From positions 16,537,567 to 16,586,121 of the forward strand of contig NC_068994.1 in assembly GCF_001194135.2 (NCBI RefSeq): DNA of 48,555 nucleotides, given 5' to 3'. Source of the stretch: Octopus bimaculoides. Its lineage: Eukaryota. Under the pieces are notes generated by a model. The model saw only the letters and a program-made list of their open reading frames with translations, made no database searches and was not told where the DNA came from. This document shows, one piece after another, positions 23,690 to 35,179 of this stretch (position 1 is the first letter of the stretch; every line of letters begins with the position of its first letter). Position numbers and translations under genes: made by a program.

Positions 23690-24380
23690 AAAAAACGTGA
23701 TACTATCTTTAGAAGCTTAAATCTTGGTGTTGATTTTTCTTCTCGAGAACCGAAAGTTCTAGCTGTCATGAGCTTCCAGAAAATTGGAGTTTCATCAAAC
23801 TGTATACTTGCTCTGATGTCTAATATCCTTTAGCAATCGTTCAGTTTATTTTCTCCGGCTTCTCAAGATAATTAGTAGTAACATATTTATCAGCACTGGC
23901 AGTTTCACCACCCATTTATCTTGTGTAAATTCAAATGCTTCTTAAACTTTCAACCAGAAAAGTTCTTTTTTCCTTTTCTCTTTTTTTTTTTTTTTTTTTT
24001 TTAAGTTTCACTTGTCTGCAAATCGTCATACATTTTTTAAAATTACCATCGTACGTATCGGCACTTTACGTCGAGTCTGAACTTCTATCCATACACCCAA
24101 GAGCCGTCCCATTTTAAGTATCACATTAGATCTGAAAAAAAATAAGGTCCGAGCAGTTAACAGAGTAACCTCTTGAGCACTGACCTTAATTTTCTCCCTA
24201 TTGCCATGCATTATTCTCACTATAGACATTGCATGCTTTAATGTTTTGGCAATGTGGCTGAATTTTTTCTCCTGCATTGAGCCTTTTTAAAACATCAAGT
24301 TTAATATCAATGTAATTCCTTTACGGTTCCTTTTCGCATTACGGCCTTCAGTTCCATCTGGTAGCTTCTTTGCAAGTAAA
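23690..24380 (-). mobile_element. Tigger/pogo transposase remnant
   Basis: AKRNRKGIT / DIKLDVLKRLNAGEK.SHIAKTL...SNVILKMGRLLGVWIE / FKKHLNLHKI / GGETASAD / DETPIFWKLMTARTFGSREEKSTPRFK: HTH-psq, CENPB and first DDE Asp motifs with frameshifts. Confidence 0.85.
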
Positions 24381-24667
24381 TAAAACAGCGGCAGCAATCA
24401 ATAGTTATCCACAACAAATATGTAGTTTTAAAAATAGAGCTAGGAAAGTACTATTTTGTGAGAGCAAAAAAATGTTTGTCTTATTTTTATGGATGCAAAA
24501 CTGGGAATAAGCAGATGAAAGAATGAAGGATGAGGTGGAAAGAAATATTGTATAATTACAGTTAGTTGAAGGGTTACCAGATTCATGGGCACTTAGCTCC
24601 TTTCATCTCTGACTTGAACCAGAAAATATACACACACACACACACTCACTCTCTCTCTCTCTTTCTT

Positions 24668-24703
<36 letters not shown>

Positions 24704-25908
24704 TTACTCTCTCTTTCTTCCTCTCTTGATACACGTACACTCTGTTATATTGATATACAATATATGTAGCTACAGACACAGCTATCATGCTGATATTACT
24801 GTTGTTGTTGCCAGTTAGTTATTCAACAGTTGGCGGGTTGGTAGTCGTGGAATTATTGATTGTATTGGTCTTAACGTCGATGATAGTGGTGATGCTGATG
24901 ATGATAAGGGTTTTGTTGGGGATGGCGGTGGCCGTATTGTTTTTATCAATTGTATTGTTGTTGTCATTTTGTCTCAACTCAATCGTCATTGGACTACGAT
25001 CAAAAACATTTCATTTAACTTTTAAAATACTCTAGAATCCCATATTATCTCATTGATTGTCTCTTATTCTAGATGGAATTGTTTATCTTGATGTTGTTAT
25101 TGATCATTATTGATCATTAAGGAGATGGTAAGTTGGTAATGGAAGTGGTTGTATTGATGCTGGTTATAACAGTTGTATTGAGTACATTTCATCTCACTAA
25201 AGATCTCTAAGAAATATTGTAGACGTTCAACTAATAAGATTACATACATTTTCACTATAAGCTGTTGAAAATTGTCCTCTGGTTGGTTAAAACTTTTCCA
25301 GCTTAATATCAGTCAACATTGAAACCTTTCTCTCATAAAATCCATTTCTTACAGCTTTCGTGCCAATCAAACTCTAAATAGTTGTGTGGGTTACTAGCTA
25401 AGCACTCTACGATCAGCCCACAAACAGATTACAATCGGAATACACAGGGACGGAAGGTAATGCAATCTCAAAATCAGAGTCGGTGCGTGACCTGAAATCC
25501 ATACGAGTAATGATGCAATATTCCATGTGTATATTACCAAGATGGCAGCACTGTGTAGGCGAGTACCTGGATAGATTCTGGGATCATTCAGAATCAGAAA
25601 AAAAAGAGATAGCATGCTACTCCTACGGAGAACTTTCGTTCCCAGTCGTCTGGATTACTGCACCCAACAGTGGTCGCTGCAGAGCATCAAACTTTTAATG
25701 TATATTTTTAAATGCTGATTTTTCTGCAACCAAAAATGCTGTCTTCACTTCTATGCGGAAGTGAAGACAGTATGTTCTTTGTCTATCTCCTTAACTTCTT
25801 GGAGATTTTAGGTACAATTATACTGTTCTAATTTAATTAATTCTATGTCTTTGTGCAGCTGAGGATTGCTCTGCATTTTAAATTGATGTAATGATTGCAT
25901 TGGTCAAT

Positions 25909-26000
25909 TAAATAGAGTTGCATGAAACGATCGTACTGCATTACCTCTGGATATTAAATGGAGTTGCATGAAACGATCGTACTGCATTACCTCTGGATAT
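25909..26000. repeat. 46-bp tandem duplication
   Basis: taaat(a/g)gagttgcatgaaacgatcgtactgcattacctctggatat x2, one mismatch. Confidence 0.95.
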
Positions 26001-27250
26001 CCTTGTTGCTTATTTTGATTTTAATCACCTTACTTTGAAATTGTATGGATAATACCGTACTAAATTCTGGTGCCTCAACTTAAATACCATTTTCATCTGA
26101 ATGTGACTTTTTTCCCGTGACTTTATTACCGGCCACGGAGTTGGTAGAAATCTCTTATAAGCAACTGCATGAAGCAGATCTTCCCTATACAGGATCTGTA
26201 AACCTCTAGTGAACTACTGAGGCAGTACTAGAGTTCAGTGAACTATATTCTAAAACCTTAAAGAGCTGCAGCGTAAGATCTATAACTATTCATTTACATA
26301 TAATTATTCAGTTATATATGTCTTTCAGCTGAGAGGTGAAGCTGGATAAACAAGTTTGTCGTTCGTTTATAAGATCAATTCATTGAGTTGACATATCTTT
26401 CAAAACCTAGGATCTGTGGTAAAATTCATTTGAATAATAGAGTCCTTGGTTAAGAAATGATTGTGCGACGACTAGTGTAGAGCCTCTCTCGTTTGTTCAT
26501 AAATGCAATCGGTGTCTTTGGCAAACAGCTATTTTTCAGCTTCGTGTTTTGAACTTGAAAATAACAACTTAAGAACTCTAGTTTAAAGGAATAATATATT
26601 GTCTTCTTTTCGTAGCGTTAGCTCTACAATTATTAATATTTCACCACCCGACCTTGCTTGCATTTGAACTGTTTACTCGTAATGAAAGCGGGACGTCTGA
26701 AGATGAAATAAACAGTTGATCGAAATAAAGGAAATAAAGAGATTGAGAAAAGATGGCAGACAGACGATCAGAAAAGGAAAAAAAGTGGTAATAAAGTAGA
26801 GGATCAAACAACCGCTGTTGCCATCCCTATAGTGCATCGCACGTAAAAATGTAAGACAAAAATGAGCTTCCAAATCTGGCTTCTAAATCTCTTATTTACC
26901 AACGAATCGACATCAACCTTGAAAGGGATCTGATAAATAAATAATCTATTCTTTAACTACGTACGGTATGCGGTGACGTCTAGATGGGATATTTGGCAAT
27001 GAAAAGAGAACTTTACGATCTCTTGCAAATGTTCTTGGGGCGGATGTCCCTTCTTTCTAGATAAAAGGGAAATGGCGCTGTTGACAACATTGCGTTTTTT
27101 TTTCCTTTCTTCTTTCTTTTCTTTTTTAAGGAAAGTGGTTCTTGTTGCTGTAAGTGGTAATGGTAATGGTAGTGACTATTGACAGTTGTACATGCGCTTT
27201 GGTGATGCTCTTGATATATATATNNNNNNNNNNNNNNNNNNNNNNNNNNN

Positions 27251-27306
27251 CATACACACATACATACATACATATATATATGTATATACATACATACATA
27301 CATACA

Positions 27307-27338
<32 letters not shown>

Positions 27339-27483
27339 CACACACACACAGATAGAGGGAGAGAAAGGAGTTGTTTTGTCGGGGATTTTGCTCTTTTTTT
27401 TAAAAACTTTTTTACAGAGGCACTGACAATGAAGGGATTTGAGAACGACCAAACAGGACACACTACTAAATAAATAAAACCAC

Positions 27484-27554
<71 letters not shown>

Positions 27555-27612
27555 AAGAAGAAGAAGAAATGCTTCATAAAATGAAAATAGATAGATAGAT
27601 AGATAGATAGAC
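27251..27612. repeat. Microsatellite cluster: (CATA)n, (TAA)n joined to (GAA)n, (ATAG)n
   Basis: Direct observation. Confidence 0.93.
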
Positions 27613-27916
27613 AAAGTGTAAAAGAATAAAAATCTTAAGGGAAATAGTCCAGTCATATTGTTTACGATGGTGTTCACATATGAGATTTAATTTAGAAGCG
27701 AAAAATTCTTTCCATGTCCTTTTTTTCTTTTGTGTGTGTGGTTATTCCTTGTTGACGAAGACTTTCTAGTGAGACAAACCAACGATCTTTAAACATATCT
27801 TACCAATCAACAGTCTCTGCATATTCAACAACGACTATATATAAAGATGATGCATACCTGAAGACCAGTAAGAAACTGATTTCTCCCTTTTTATATTATT
27901 GTCTTAAAACACAGCT

Positions 27917-28037
27917 ATGGAAAATCTACCGAACTACCAGAAAAGTATGCACCGTTCATGGAAAATTGTTCTGTTGGGCATTTTAATACTAGTGACGAAT
28001 GCTTCGAGCCAAAATACCATGGATACAGACCTTGACC
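27917..28037 (+). CDS. First coding exon of a secreted Pif/BMSP-like (LamG3-type) chitin-binding protein; signal peptide
   Basis: Acceptor aaaacacag|CT-ATG (exon starts 27915), donor GACC|gtaagt at 28038. Encodes MENLPNYQKSMHRSWKIVLLGILILVTNASSQNTMDTDLD with a basic/hydrophobic/small-residue signal-peptide pattern from Met11. Ends in phase 1, compatible with exon 32851 (C|GA = Arg). Linkage to the downstream exons is inferred from phase and domain logic. Confidence 0.8.
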
Positions 28038-28124
28038 GTAAGTACTTAAATTCCTACATATATAATTACATACATTCGTACATAGACACACACACGTGCA
28101 CATACGCACACATACATACATATT

Positions 28125-28322
28125 CTTTTACTTGTTTCAGTCATTTGACTGCGGCCATGCTGGAGCACCGCCTTTAGTCGAGAAAATCGACCCCAGGACT
28201 TATTCTTTGTAAGCCTAGTACTTATTCTATCGGTCTCTTTTGACGAACCGCTAAGTTACGGGGACGTAAATACACCAGCATCAGTTGTCAAGCGATGTTG
28301 GGGGGACAAACACAGACACACA

Positions 28323-28358
<36 letters not shown>

Positions 28359-28562
28359 NNNNNNNNNNNNNNNNNNNNNNNNNNNNNNNNNNNNNNNNNN
28401 NNNNNNNNNNNNNNNNNNNNNNNNNNNNNNNNNNNNNNNNNNNNNNNNNNNNNNNNNNNNNNNNNNNNNNNNNNNNNNNNNNNNNNNNNNNNNNNNNNNN
28501 NNNNNNNNNNNNNNNNNNNNNNNNNNNNTTCAGTTTCCGTCTACCAAATCCACTCACAAGGC
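28125..28562 (-). mobile_element. SINE family B in intron 1 (head missing, gap inside)
   Basis: ttttacttgtttcagtcatttgactgcggccatgctggagcaccgcc...ccactcacaaggct. Confidence 0.92.
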
Positions 28563-28622
28563 TTACATACATACATACATACACATACATACATACATAC
28601 ATACATACGTTATTATCTACCG

Positions 28623-29480
28623 ATGAGACATTATGTGACCAAGTCACTATACAATAGAATCCGTCGGAAGGATAATCCTGAGATTTACAATATAAGAACC
28701 CACAATATGGTGGAGATCCTAGCCACTTATATTATGAATGAATACTAATGGAATGCTCTTGTGAAAACCTCAATAAAGTGCAAGCATAATAGACCAAATA
28801 TCGTGATTTAGGACAGAGAAGAGATACTAGTGGAAATCAGTTTCCCAGTAGATGTTAACTTACAGGCAAAGCTAAAGTTCAGCAAAAAAGAAAATACTGA
28901 CATTGAACTATTGAGAAATTTACGGCAACTCTACCCGGATTAGAAGTTCAGATTTATATTCATAATCATTGGGGCATTAGGATATGTAACAAACTGCTTC
29001 AGTAATAATCTTGAAAAAGTGGGGTTCTCAAAACCAGAAGGGAGAAAGCTAATTAAATAATAGACACAAACCACAAAGAGAGTTGTCAACATATGTAAAA
29101 CTTTGCAAAATTTTAGCTTATAAGTACATATGCTCATGTCTAGACGTTTAACTACATGTATGAGTATGTTTGCTGTTTGCTTCATGCTCTTCCTTGATTA
29201 GACTGGAGTCACCCTAGGTTAGTGATCCCAGTGACGTCATCATGCATAGAGCCGACCAGATCCACCAGTGCTGCCCATCGCTGGTGGTCCCGTACCAGCC
29301 CCTCTGCATCCTCCAAGATGTCGTTGTGATGTGTGTGAGTGTGCGAACAGAAATGAAAACACACAACCATGCACAACTACCCTATTGATGTTGTTGAAAT
29401 CCCAATGAGGGAGCCTAGGATACAGGTTACACACCGGCTTTTTCTCCATTGGCGAGAAATCTGGGAATGAAACTAAATAA
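28623..29480 (+). mobile_element. R4/Dong-clade LINE 3' remnant (RLE domain to about 29122, then probable 3' UTR ending in (CA)n)
   Basis: YVTKSLYNRIRRKDNPE...EY*WNALVKTSIKCKHNRPNIVI*DREEILVEISFPVDVN...LLRNLRQLYPD*KFRFIFIIIGALGYVT: PD..E-type endonuclease and IIIGALG motif. The UTR assignment is inference. Confidence 0.82.
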
Positions 29481-29492
29481 CACACACACACA

Positions 29493-29554
<62 letters not shown>

Positions 29555-29717
29555 AGTGAACAAACGAATGGAAGTAGCACACAACACAGACGCAGTTCCA
29601 TCTATTGAGTAACAGATTGATATGACCCTTCATATTTGCCTCCATATGTCTGAAGAGCTGGTCATGTTTATTTTTTTCTCGTCCATGAAACTAAGTAACA
29701 TGAGGAAATAAGTTAGC

Positions 29718-29772
<55 letters not shown>
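29481..29772. repeat. (CA)n-(TG)n junction at 29481-29552 and (TG)n at 29721-29772
   Basis: Direct observation. Confidence 0.93.
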
Positions 29773-29777
<5 letters not shown>

Positions 29778-29859
29778 GGCTCCTCTCGGTGCTGTGAATT
29801 TAATTCTACTGAATTTATGTGTTCTGAGAGGGCTCTAAAACCCGTTTTTGGCCGCGAAT

Positions 29860-31545
29860 AATGCTAACAACGAAGACATGAGAACTGGAGTATAACTAAG
29901 TCTGTTGGTTCTTGTCATCTGTTGGCCTCTTTCTATCGATAACTTCATTTTACCCCGGTTATTTTCAAAGAAATCGCATCCAGTATGGCATTTTTCTCCC
30001 AAAGCAAACTATGCATCAACAATCTATGAGGAAACATCAATATTAAAGATTTTGAATGTTTTCTTCAGGTGTTCCTTGTATCAATACTTTAGAGCTCCTA
30101 TTGGACATATTCCTTCTTGTGGTTCTCTGTACGATAGCATCTACAGCAGTCGATTATTCGATATTCTTTGAACATGTCGATATTCTATAAACATGGCCAA
30201 CTCATTACAAGCTGGTGATGTCACAACTCAGCTTCAATGCTATTATATGGTATCTGGTCTGATCAATTATTTTGTTATTTGTTATATGGTGTTGCCAAAT
30301 TATGAGCAAGATTATTCGCAGCTTTGTTTCATGGAAGCACTTTAGCCCTTTTCCATCTTTTTCAATAAATTGTCTAGGTTTCACATCTGTACCAAAGGAT
30401 TGTCAGAATTAGGACCATCAACTCAGTGTATGTCTTTATTCCGTCGTAATCTGTTAGACGGTTTCAAGACACGCGCTGAGATGGTTGTTCTAATAATCCT
30501 CTGGTATGAATGAGATACTCGGACTCTTTTCCTCGGTTTTTCGAAGGTTTCATGCACAAGACGAATACAATTTGAAATTTCATCGGATAGTGTGACATCC
30601 TTATTGTGAGCACTTCACAGATAGCAGAAATTTATTTTTGAAAAAGAGATTGTTTTTACCGAAAAGAGATTGTTTTTACCGAAAAGAGATTGTTTCAGGT
30701 AGATATTGCATCTTCCATATTTGAATATTAACTTCTAAACCAAAGTATTCATAACCGTTCATAAATATATCTGAAGTAGCCTGAAGATCTTCAGAACTGT
30801 ATTCTCGAACGGCATTATCATCCATACAGTAAAGTTTAGAAGAAGTATACATATTTGTACATCCGGTCGTTTTGAGCCTCCGTAAAGAATCCAAATAGAA
30901 ATTCTAGTTGATATTTGTGATAGTGATTGCAGAAAAACTGCAAATTATAGATTAAGTAAAGTATAGCAAGAAAACCACCCAGTTTAACAACCTTTCCATT
31001 CGGGAAGTATGGAGAAAGATTTCTCTCGTAGAATGTCTATGTTATCATATCTTCGTGAAGAGACTTGACAATTCTTCAGAAGTACAATGGATATTCGAAG
31101 CGTGAAACAAAATGGAAAGCCTTGACAAGATCATAGGAAATTGCGTGAAAAGAATGTTGTTTTAGATATTTTCTTAGATATTTTAGATATTTTCCTGGTG
31201 AGGAAAACATCGCATTAGTGGTTTACAGCCAAGTATAAATTCACATTGGCTTTTGGGGGGAATTCATAGCAATCAAATCTGTCACGAAGTATTTTTTGCG
31301 TGATTTTTTCCAGATTTGGATAGAAGAGACACCTTGAAAGTTTTCGCACTGTGTGCATTCTCCTTCATTGCTACAATGATTGTATATTTCAAATCTGAAA
31401 TTACTTTGCTTTGTTTCTTGATACGGAGTCTTAGATAAGGAATCATAGTGAAGAAGATCTTTCATCTGTATTTGATAAGTTCCGCTGGAATTTGTTCCAG
31501 TTCTGTAGATTTAGCGTTCCACATTTTTAGACCACCGTTTTAAGT
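29860..31545 (-). mobile_element. Old RTE (BovB-like) LINE remnant, RT to C-terminus
   Basis: Minus-strand pieces: EQIPAELIKY, EGECTQCENFQGVS, IPPKSQCEF, LYCMDDNAVREYSSEDLQATSDIFMNGYEYFGLEVNI (YADD region), YKEHLKKTFKIFNID; many stops. Contains a 3x 20-bp repeat (gaaaagagattgtttttacc) at about 30641-30697. Confidence 0.8.
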
Positions 31546-31578
31546 TCTTACAATGAGAGTGAAATATCTGGGTATTGA

Positions 31579-31806
31579 GAAACACTTTTCGGATGATGAT
31601 GAACTTATTTCGGAGATAAAATCTTGGCTCCAGATGCAATCTACCGACATCTACAGATGGGGGTCTTCACAGCTGCATAAAGCGATGGGAGAAATGTGTC
31701 ACCGTCGGTAGCAGCTATATAGAGAAGGACTAACAATTATGCCAAATTTCGTTTATCCCAGTTTTTGGGAAGCGGGTCAGGGAAAATCTTTAATGAACAC
31801 CCCTCA
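31579..31806 (+). mobile_element. mariner 3' end with right TIR
   Basis: HFSDDDELISEIKSWLQMQSTDIY / RWEKCVTVGSSYIEKD* then ctttaatgaacacccctca|TA. Confidence 0.85.
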
Positions 31807-32378
31807 TAGTACAGTATGATATATTTTAGAAATATTAATTTGAATCCTTTTAATACAATCTATCTCTTTACTTTTCACAATTTATTTTATATTTTAAGTT
31901 TATATTTTAGATTGTCTTTGGGAAAATTCAGGAATCCAGGACACTGCCGGTCTCAAGCTTGCCGGATAATTGATCTCCTAGTGTATTTTCGTTAGTACCC
32001 CAACTAATCAGTGCAATAGAGTTCCAGGTTATGGTCTGTTTCATATCCAATCATCGGTACTGAGAAGAGTACTTAGCAAATTATAGTCTCTGTGATTCAG
32101 CAATGACTTTAAGGATTGAACATAAATATTCGCATAAGTATATTTTGAAAAAGACAGATTACACCAAGATGACTTGATTTAATGCGTTACGCTCGGCGAA
32201 AATTAATGTCATCGATGCTATGACAACGATTCAGTTGGTAACAAAATATAGCTTCGGCTTTTTTTTTGTTTTTATTATTATTATTCCAGAGGTTTCTTAG
32301 AAGAAAAGACGCATTCTGTTGCATGATAATTAAATTTCAAGTGAATAAAGATTCCTTTTTATTATTTATTTAGTATAA

Positions 32379-32808
32379 AAGGCAGCAAGCTGGCAGAATT
32401 GTTACAGTGCCAGACAAAAATACTTCGCCCATTTCTTCCGGTTTTTTACGTTCTTAGTTCAAATGCAACTGAAGTTAATGTTGCTTTATATCCTTTCGGG
32501 GTCGATAAAAAAAATACCAGTTGAGCACACTTGGATCGATGTAAACGACTTGTCACATTCCTAAAAATTGCTGGTCTTGTACCAAAATTAGAAAGAATTA
32601 TTTCGCATAAGACAGTGAGCTGGCAGAATCGTTAGTACGCTGGACAAAATACTTAGCGGCATTTCGTCCATCTTCACGTTCTGAGTTCAAATTCTGTCGA
32701 GATCAGGGTCTACAAAACAAGTACTTGTCGCTCATTGAGGCCAATGTAATCGATTATCCCCCTTCTCCAAAATGTCAGGCCTGGTGCTTCTAGTAGAAAC
32801 GATTATTT
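32379..32808 (+). mobile_element. Two tandem SINE family A copies (32379-32601, 32609-32808) ending about 40 nt before the exon 2 acceptor
   Basis: Two gagctggcagaat heads, each followed by the family body and a tagaaa(g/c).attattt tail. Confidence 0.88.
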
Positions 32809-32850
32809 CGTATAAGTCCATTGTAATAAAGTTGTGTTGTTTATTTTCAG

Positions 32851-33048
32851 GATTTTGTGAAGCATGTATTGTAAATACAGGTGCTGGATACTATTCCCAC
32901 CCACTTCGCTGTGATGTTTTTGTTCACTGTTCCCAAAGTGGCGACAATCGCACAGTAATGGCTTCTGTAAAAGAATGTCCAAATGGCCTTTATTGGTCCC
33001 AGGAAGATCTGACCTGTCGACATCCCTATAACGTTTATTGTCCTCAAG
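32851..33048 (+). CDS. Coding exon 2: chitin-binding type-2 (CBM14/peritrophin-A) module
   Basis: ttattttcag|GATTTT...CCTCAAG|gtaagc; 198 nt, phase 1-1, no stops. FCEACIVNTGAGYYSHPLRCDVFVHCSQSGDNRTVMASVKECPNGLYWSQEDLTCRHPYNVYCPQ shows the HP..C..F..C...CP.GL.W......C...V.C pattern typical of ChtBD2 in Pif/BMSP proteins. Confidence 0.93.
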
Positions 33049-33124
33049 GTAAGCACTAACTCTTATTTCTTTGCTGTAAATTTTCATTTTGGCTGCTGTA
33101 ATTAAATATATATATAAATATATT

Positions 33125-33255
33125 AGTGAATCCAAACAAAGAAGAACAAGAAAAAACAACAACGTGAGGACGTGGTACAAGTAGTGTATTTTCAGACGCT
33201 CAGGAAAGGAAAGAAAGAGGATTTAACGTTTCGAGCAAACAAAACTCTTCTTCAG

Positions 33256-33260
<5 letters not shown>
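33125..33260 (-). mobile_element. Penelope-type short repeat flanked by (TA)n
   Basis: Carries the ctgaagaagag...gctcgaaacgtt motif typical of PLE pseudo-LTRs; TA runs on both sides. Confidence 0.65.
33221..33259 (-). ncRNA. Minimal type I hammerhead ribozyme motif (PLE type)
   Basis: AUUU-CUGAAGA-A-GAGU-uuuguuu-GCUC-GAAAC-GUU-AAAU: intact core, stem I 4 bp, stem II 4 bp, palindromic ACGU helix III. Activity untested. Confidence 0.6.
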
Positions 33261-33287
<27 letters not shown>

Positions 33288-33589
33288 NNNNNNNNNNCTT
33301 GTCACATGGAATTGACGAATTAGACTTTTCTTTTATATTTTCTCTAATGAAGTGGAATACCTATGATTCGAATTTCATCAAAATTGCAGATTAAGAATTT
33401 TAATGAGGGTTCTTTCCCTCTTTACACACCCTAACAAAAATTCTAATCATGACATATTTATCCCATACTACTCATCTCTATGCCCAGATTCCAAAATCCA
33501 AATCTTATAAAACCTATTCAAAGGTTTTTGCTCCTGAAAAATAAAGCACTAAAATGTGGGAGTTAAGGCCCCTATTAGGAGACTGGGTC

Positions 33590-35179
33590 TTAAAGTCACA
33601 GCCATCGTATCATTGCTTTTATGAAGATTTTCATGAGGATGAGCTTGATGTGAAGGGATGGTAGAAAGATCTTTTGTGGGTCTACTAGTGGCATATGCTG
33701 CACATTGTACCAACTAACTATGCGCTCATCTCTTTTAGGCCAGTCTTTTACAGTGTAATAATTGCTGTCGTCGCAGCTGTTCCAAACACACAAGAAACAC
33801 ATAGTTTTGGTATACCCCAGCTGCAGTCCTAGGAGGAGGGAAATCACTTTTACATCACTTCAAATATTCCACTTATGAACTGAATAATTAACTCCTTTCA
33901 GAATGAGTTCCATCGATTCATAAGTTTCTTCCATACCGATAACATGACCCACAGGAATGGAATGTTTTTCATTACCATTATGTAACAACGCATAGCTTTG
34001 AGGCTAGCTTTACTCGAGTCTATAAACAGTCTCCATTCGTTAGCCACATGCACATGTCCCAGTTTTTGCATGAGTGCATTAACATCAGTACTAAACAAGC
34101 TTTATTTTCTTGCTCGAAAAAGATAGATAAGCCTTCAAGGTGAGAACGGAAAATGAAAATTTTCGTACCTTGTTGTGGGAGATTCCGTTGCTATAGTCTG
34201 GATCCCAAAACGTCTGCCTTCTCCTTTGACAATGCTAGTAAATCATTCAAATGTTCTTGATTAAACAAACATGGCTCTTTTTTCTTAGAATCAACTACGT
34301 ACTCTTCATCAATAGGAGAATCAGGGGGTTCACTGTGCGACATGTCGTGGTCTTGAAGTGAATCATGTGAGATGGAAACTGGGACAGGGTTCTTGAAGCC
34401 ATGTGGGACCGGTGTTAGAGCTGAGTTACAATCTGCATACACAACGTTTGCTTTGGTTTTCTTTGAAACACTACTAATACTAGTCATGCAAAAGTAACAA
34501 TCAGAGACATGATTGGTTGGCTCATGCCATACCATTGGTACAGCAAAAGGCATTCCCTTCCACTTTCCATTCAGCCTCTGTGTAAGCCCTGAGTAACACG
34601 CTGCAGCATATATGAAGTGCCCACCTCTTGTCTTGGTCCCCAAATTTACACCTGAAATAATATTTATAGGCAGTTTTTAATTTGGTGATAATGTTCTTCC
34701 GCTGGTCACGTGGAGCAAATTTTCTACAGATATAACAAAAGTTATCTCAGTGATTTCACACAGCCTCTCCTATTCATGATTTAACACAATGAACCCAGTT
34801 AAAACAGTAATCACGCAGAGCGAGAGATACACATACCACACGTGACGGCAGCGCAAACGACACTGAGAACAAACTAACGTATTTGGCGTTTGCACACAAT
34901 ACGTCAACGCCATCTGTTGCTAAACTAAATAATGAACTTTCTCGTCGTTTGTTTTATTGCTGTTGTCTCTTTAATTTTGAATTAAGACCTCTTTCATTTC
35001 AGCAAATTTTATAATATGGCCTATATCTAGCCGAAAATATAGTTATAATTTTGTGCATGAGCATAACTCAAAATCCTGACGTGCTAGAACAATTCTGAGT
35101 GCAGATTCGGAATCAGCATCCTCGATTTAGTCTAAAACACATGCTTTTACCCTAGTAACAAAATCGTTGTTGTCAAGTG
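33590..35179 (-). mobile_element. Chapaev3-like (CMC) DNA transposon, 5' end intact, 3'-truncated, decayed transposase
   Basis: Terminus 5'-CACTTGACAACAACGATTTTG; ATG at 34777; FCYICRKFAPRDQRKNIITKLKTAYKYYFRCKFGDQDKRWALHICC / MPFAVPMVWHEPTNHVSDCYFC / EWRLFIDSSKASLK / LGLQLGYTKTMCFLC / PLVDPQKIFLPSLHIKL. Superfamily assigned from recalled motifs and the CAC terminus. Confidence 0.8.

Noticed and set aside
24787-25700. Hydrophobic ORF 24787-25035 and neighbouring ORFs as a membrane protein
   Set aside because: Low-complexity GTT/GAT-rich sequence with stops in adjoining frames and no splice support; possibly an old retroelement, not identifiable.
26330-26530. Tc1-like transposase trace (RRLV/EPLSFVHKCNR)
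   Set aside because: Too degenerate to support by eye.
31911-31970. Possible extra phase-1 exon after ttatattttag at 31910
   Set aside because: In-frame TAA after 19 codons with no donor before it.
32772-32850. N-terminal extension MSGLVLLVETIISYKSIVIKLCCLFS of ORF 32772-33059 as a signal peptide
   Set aside because: The ATG lies in a SINE tail, and the segment ends in a canonical polypyrimidine/AG acceptor at 32850; it is intron.
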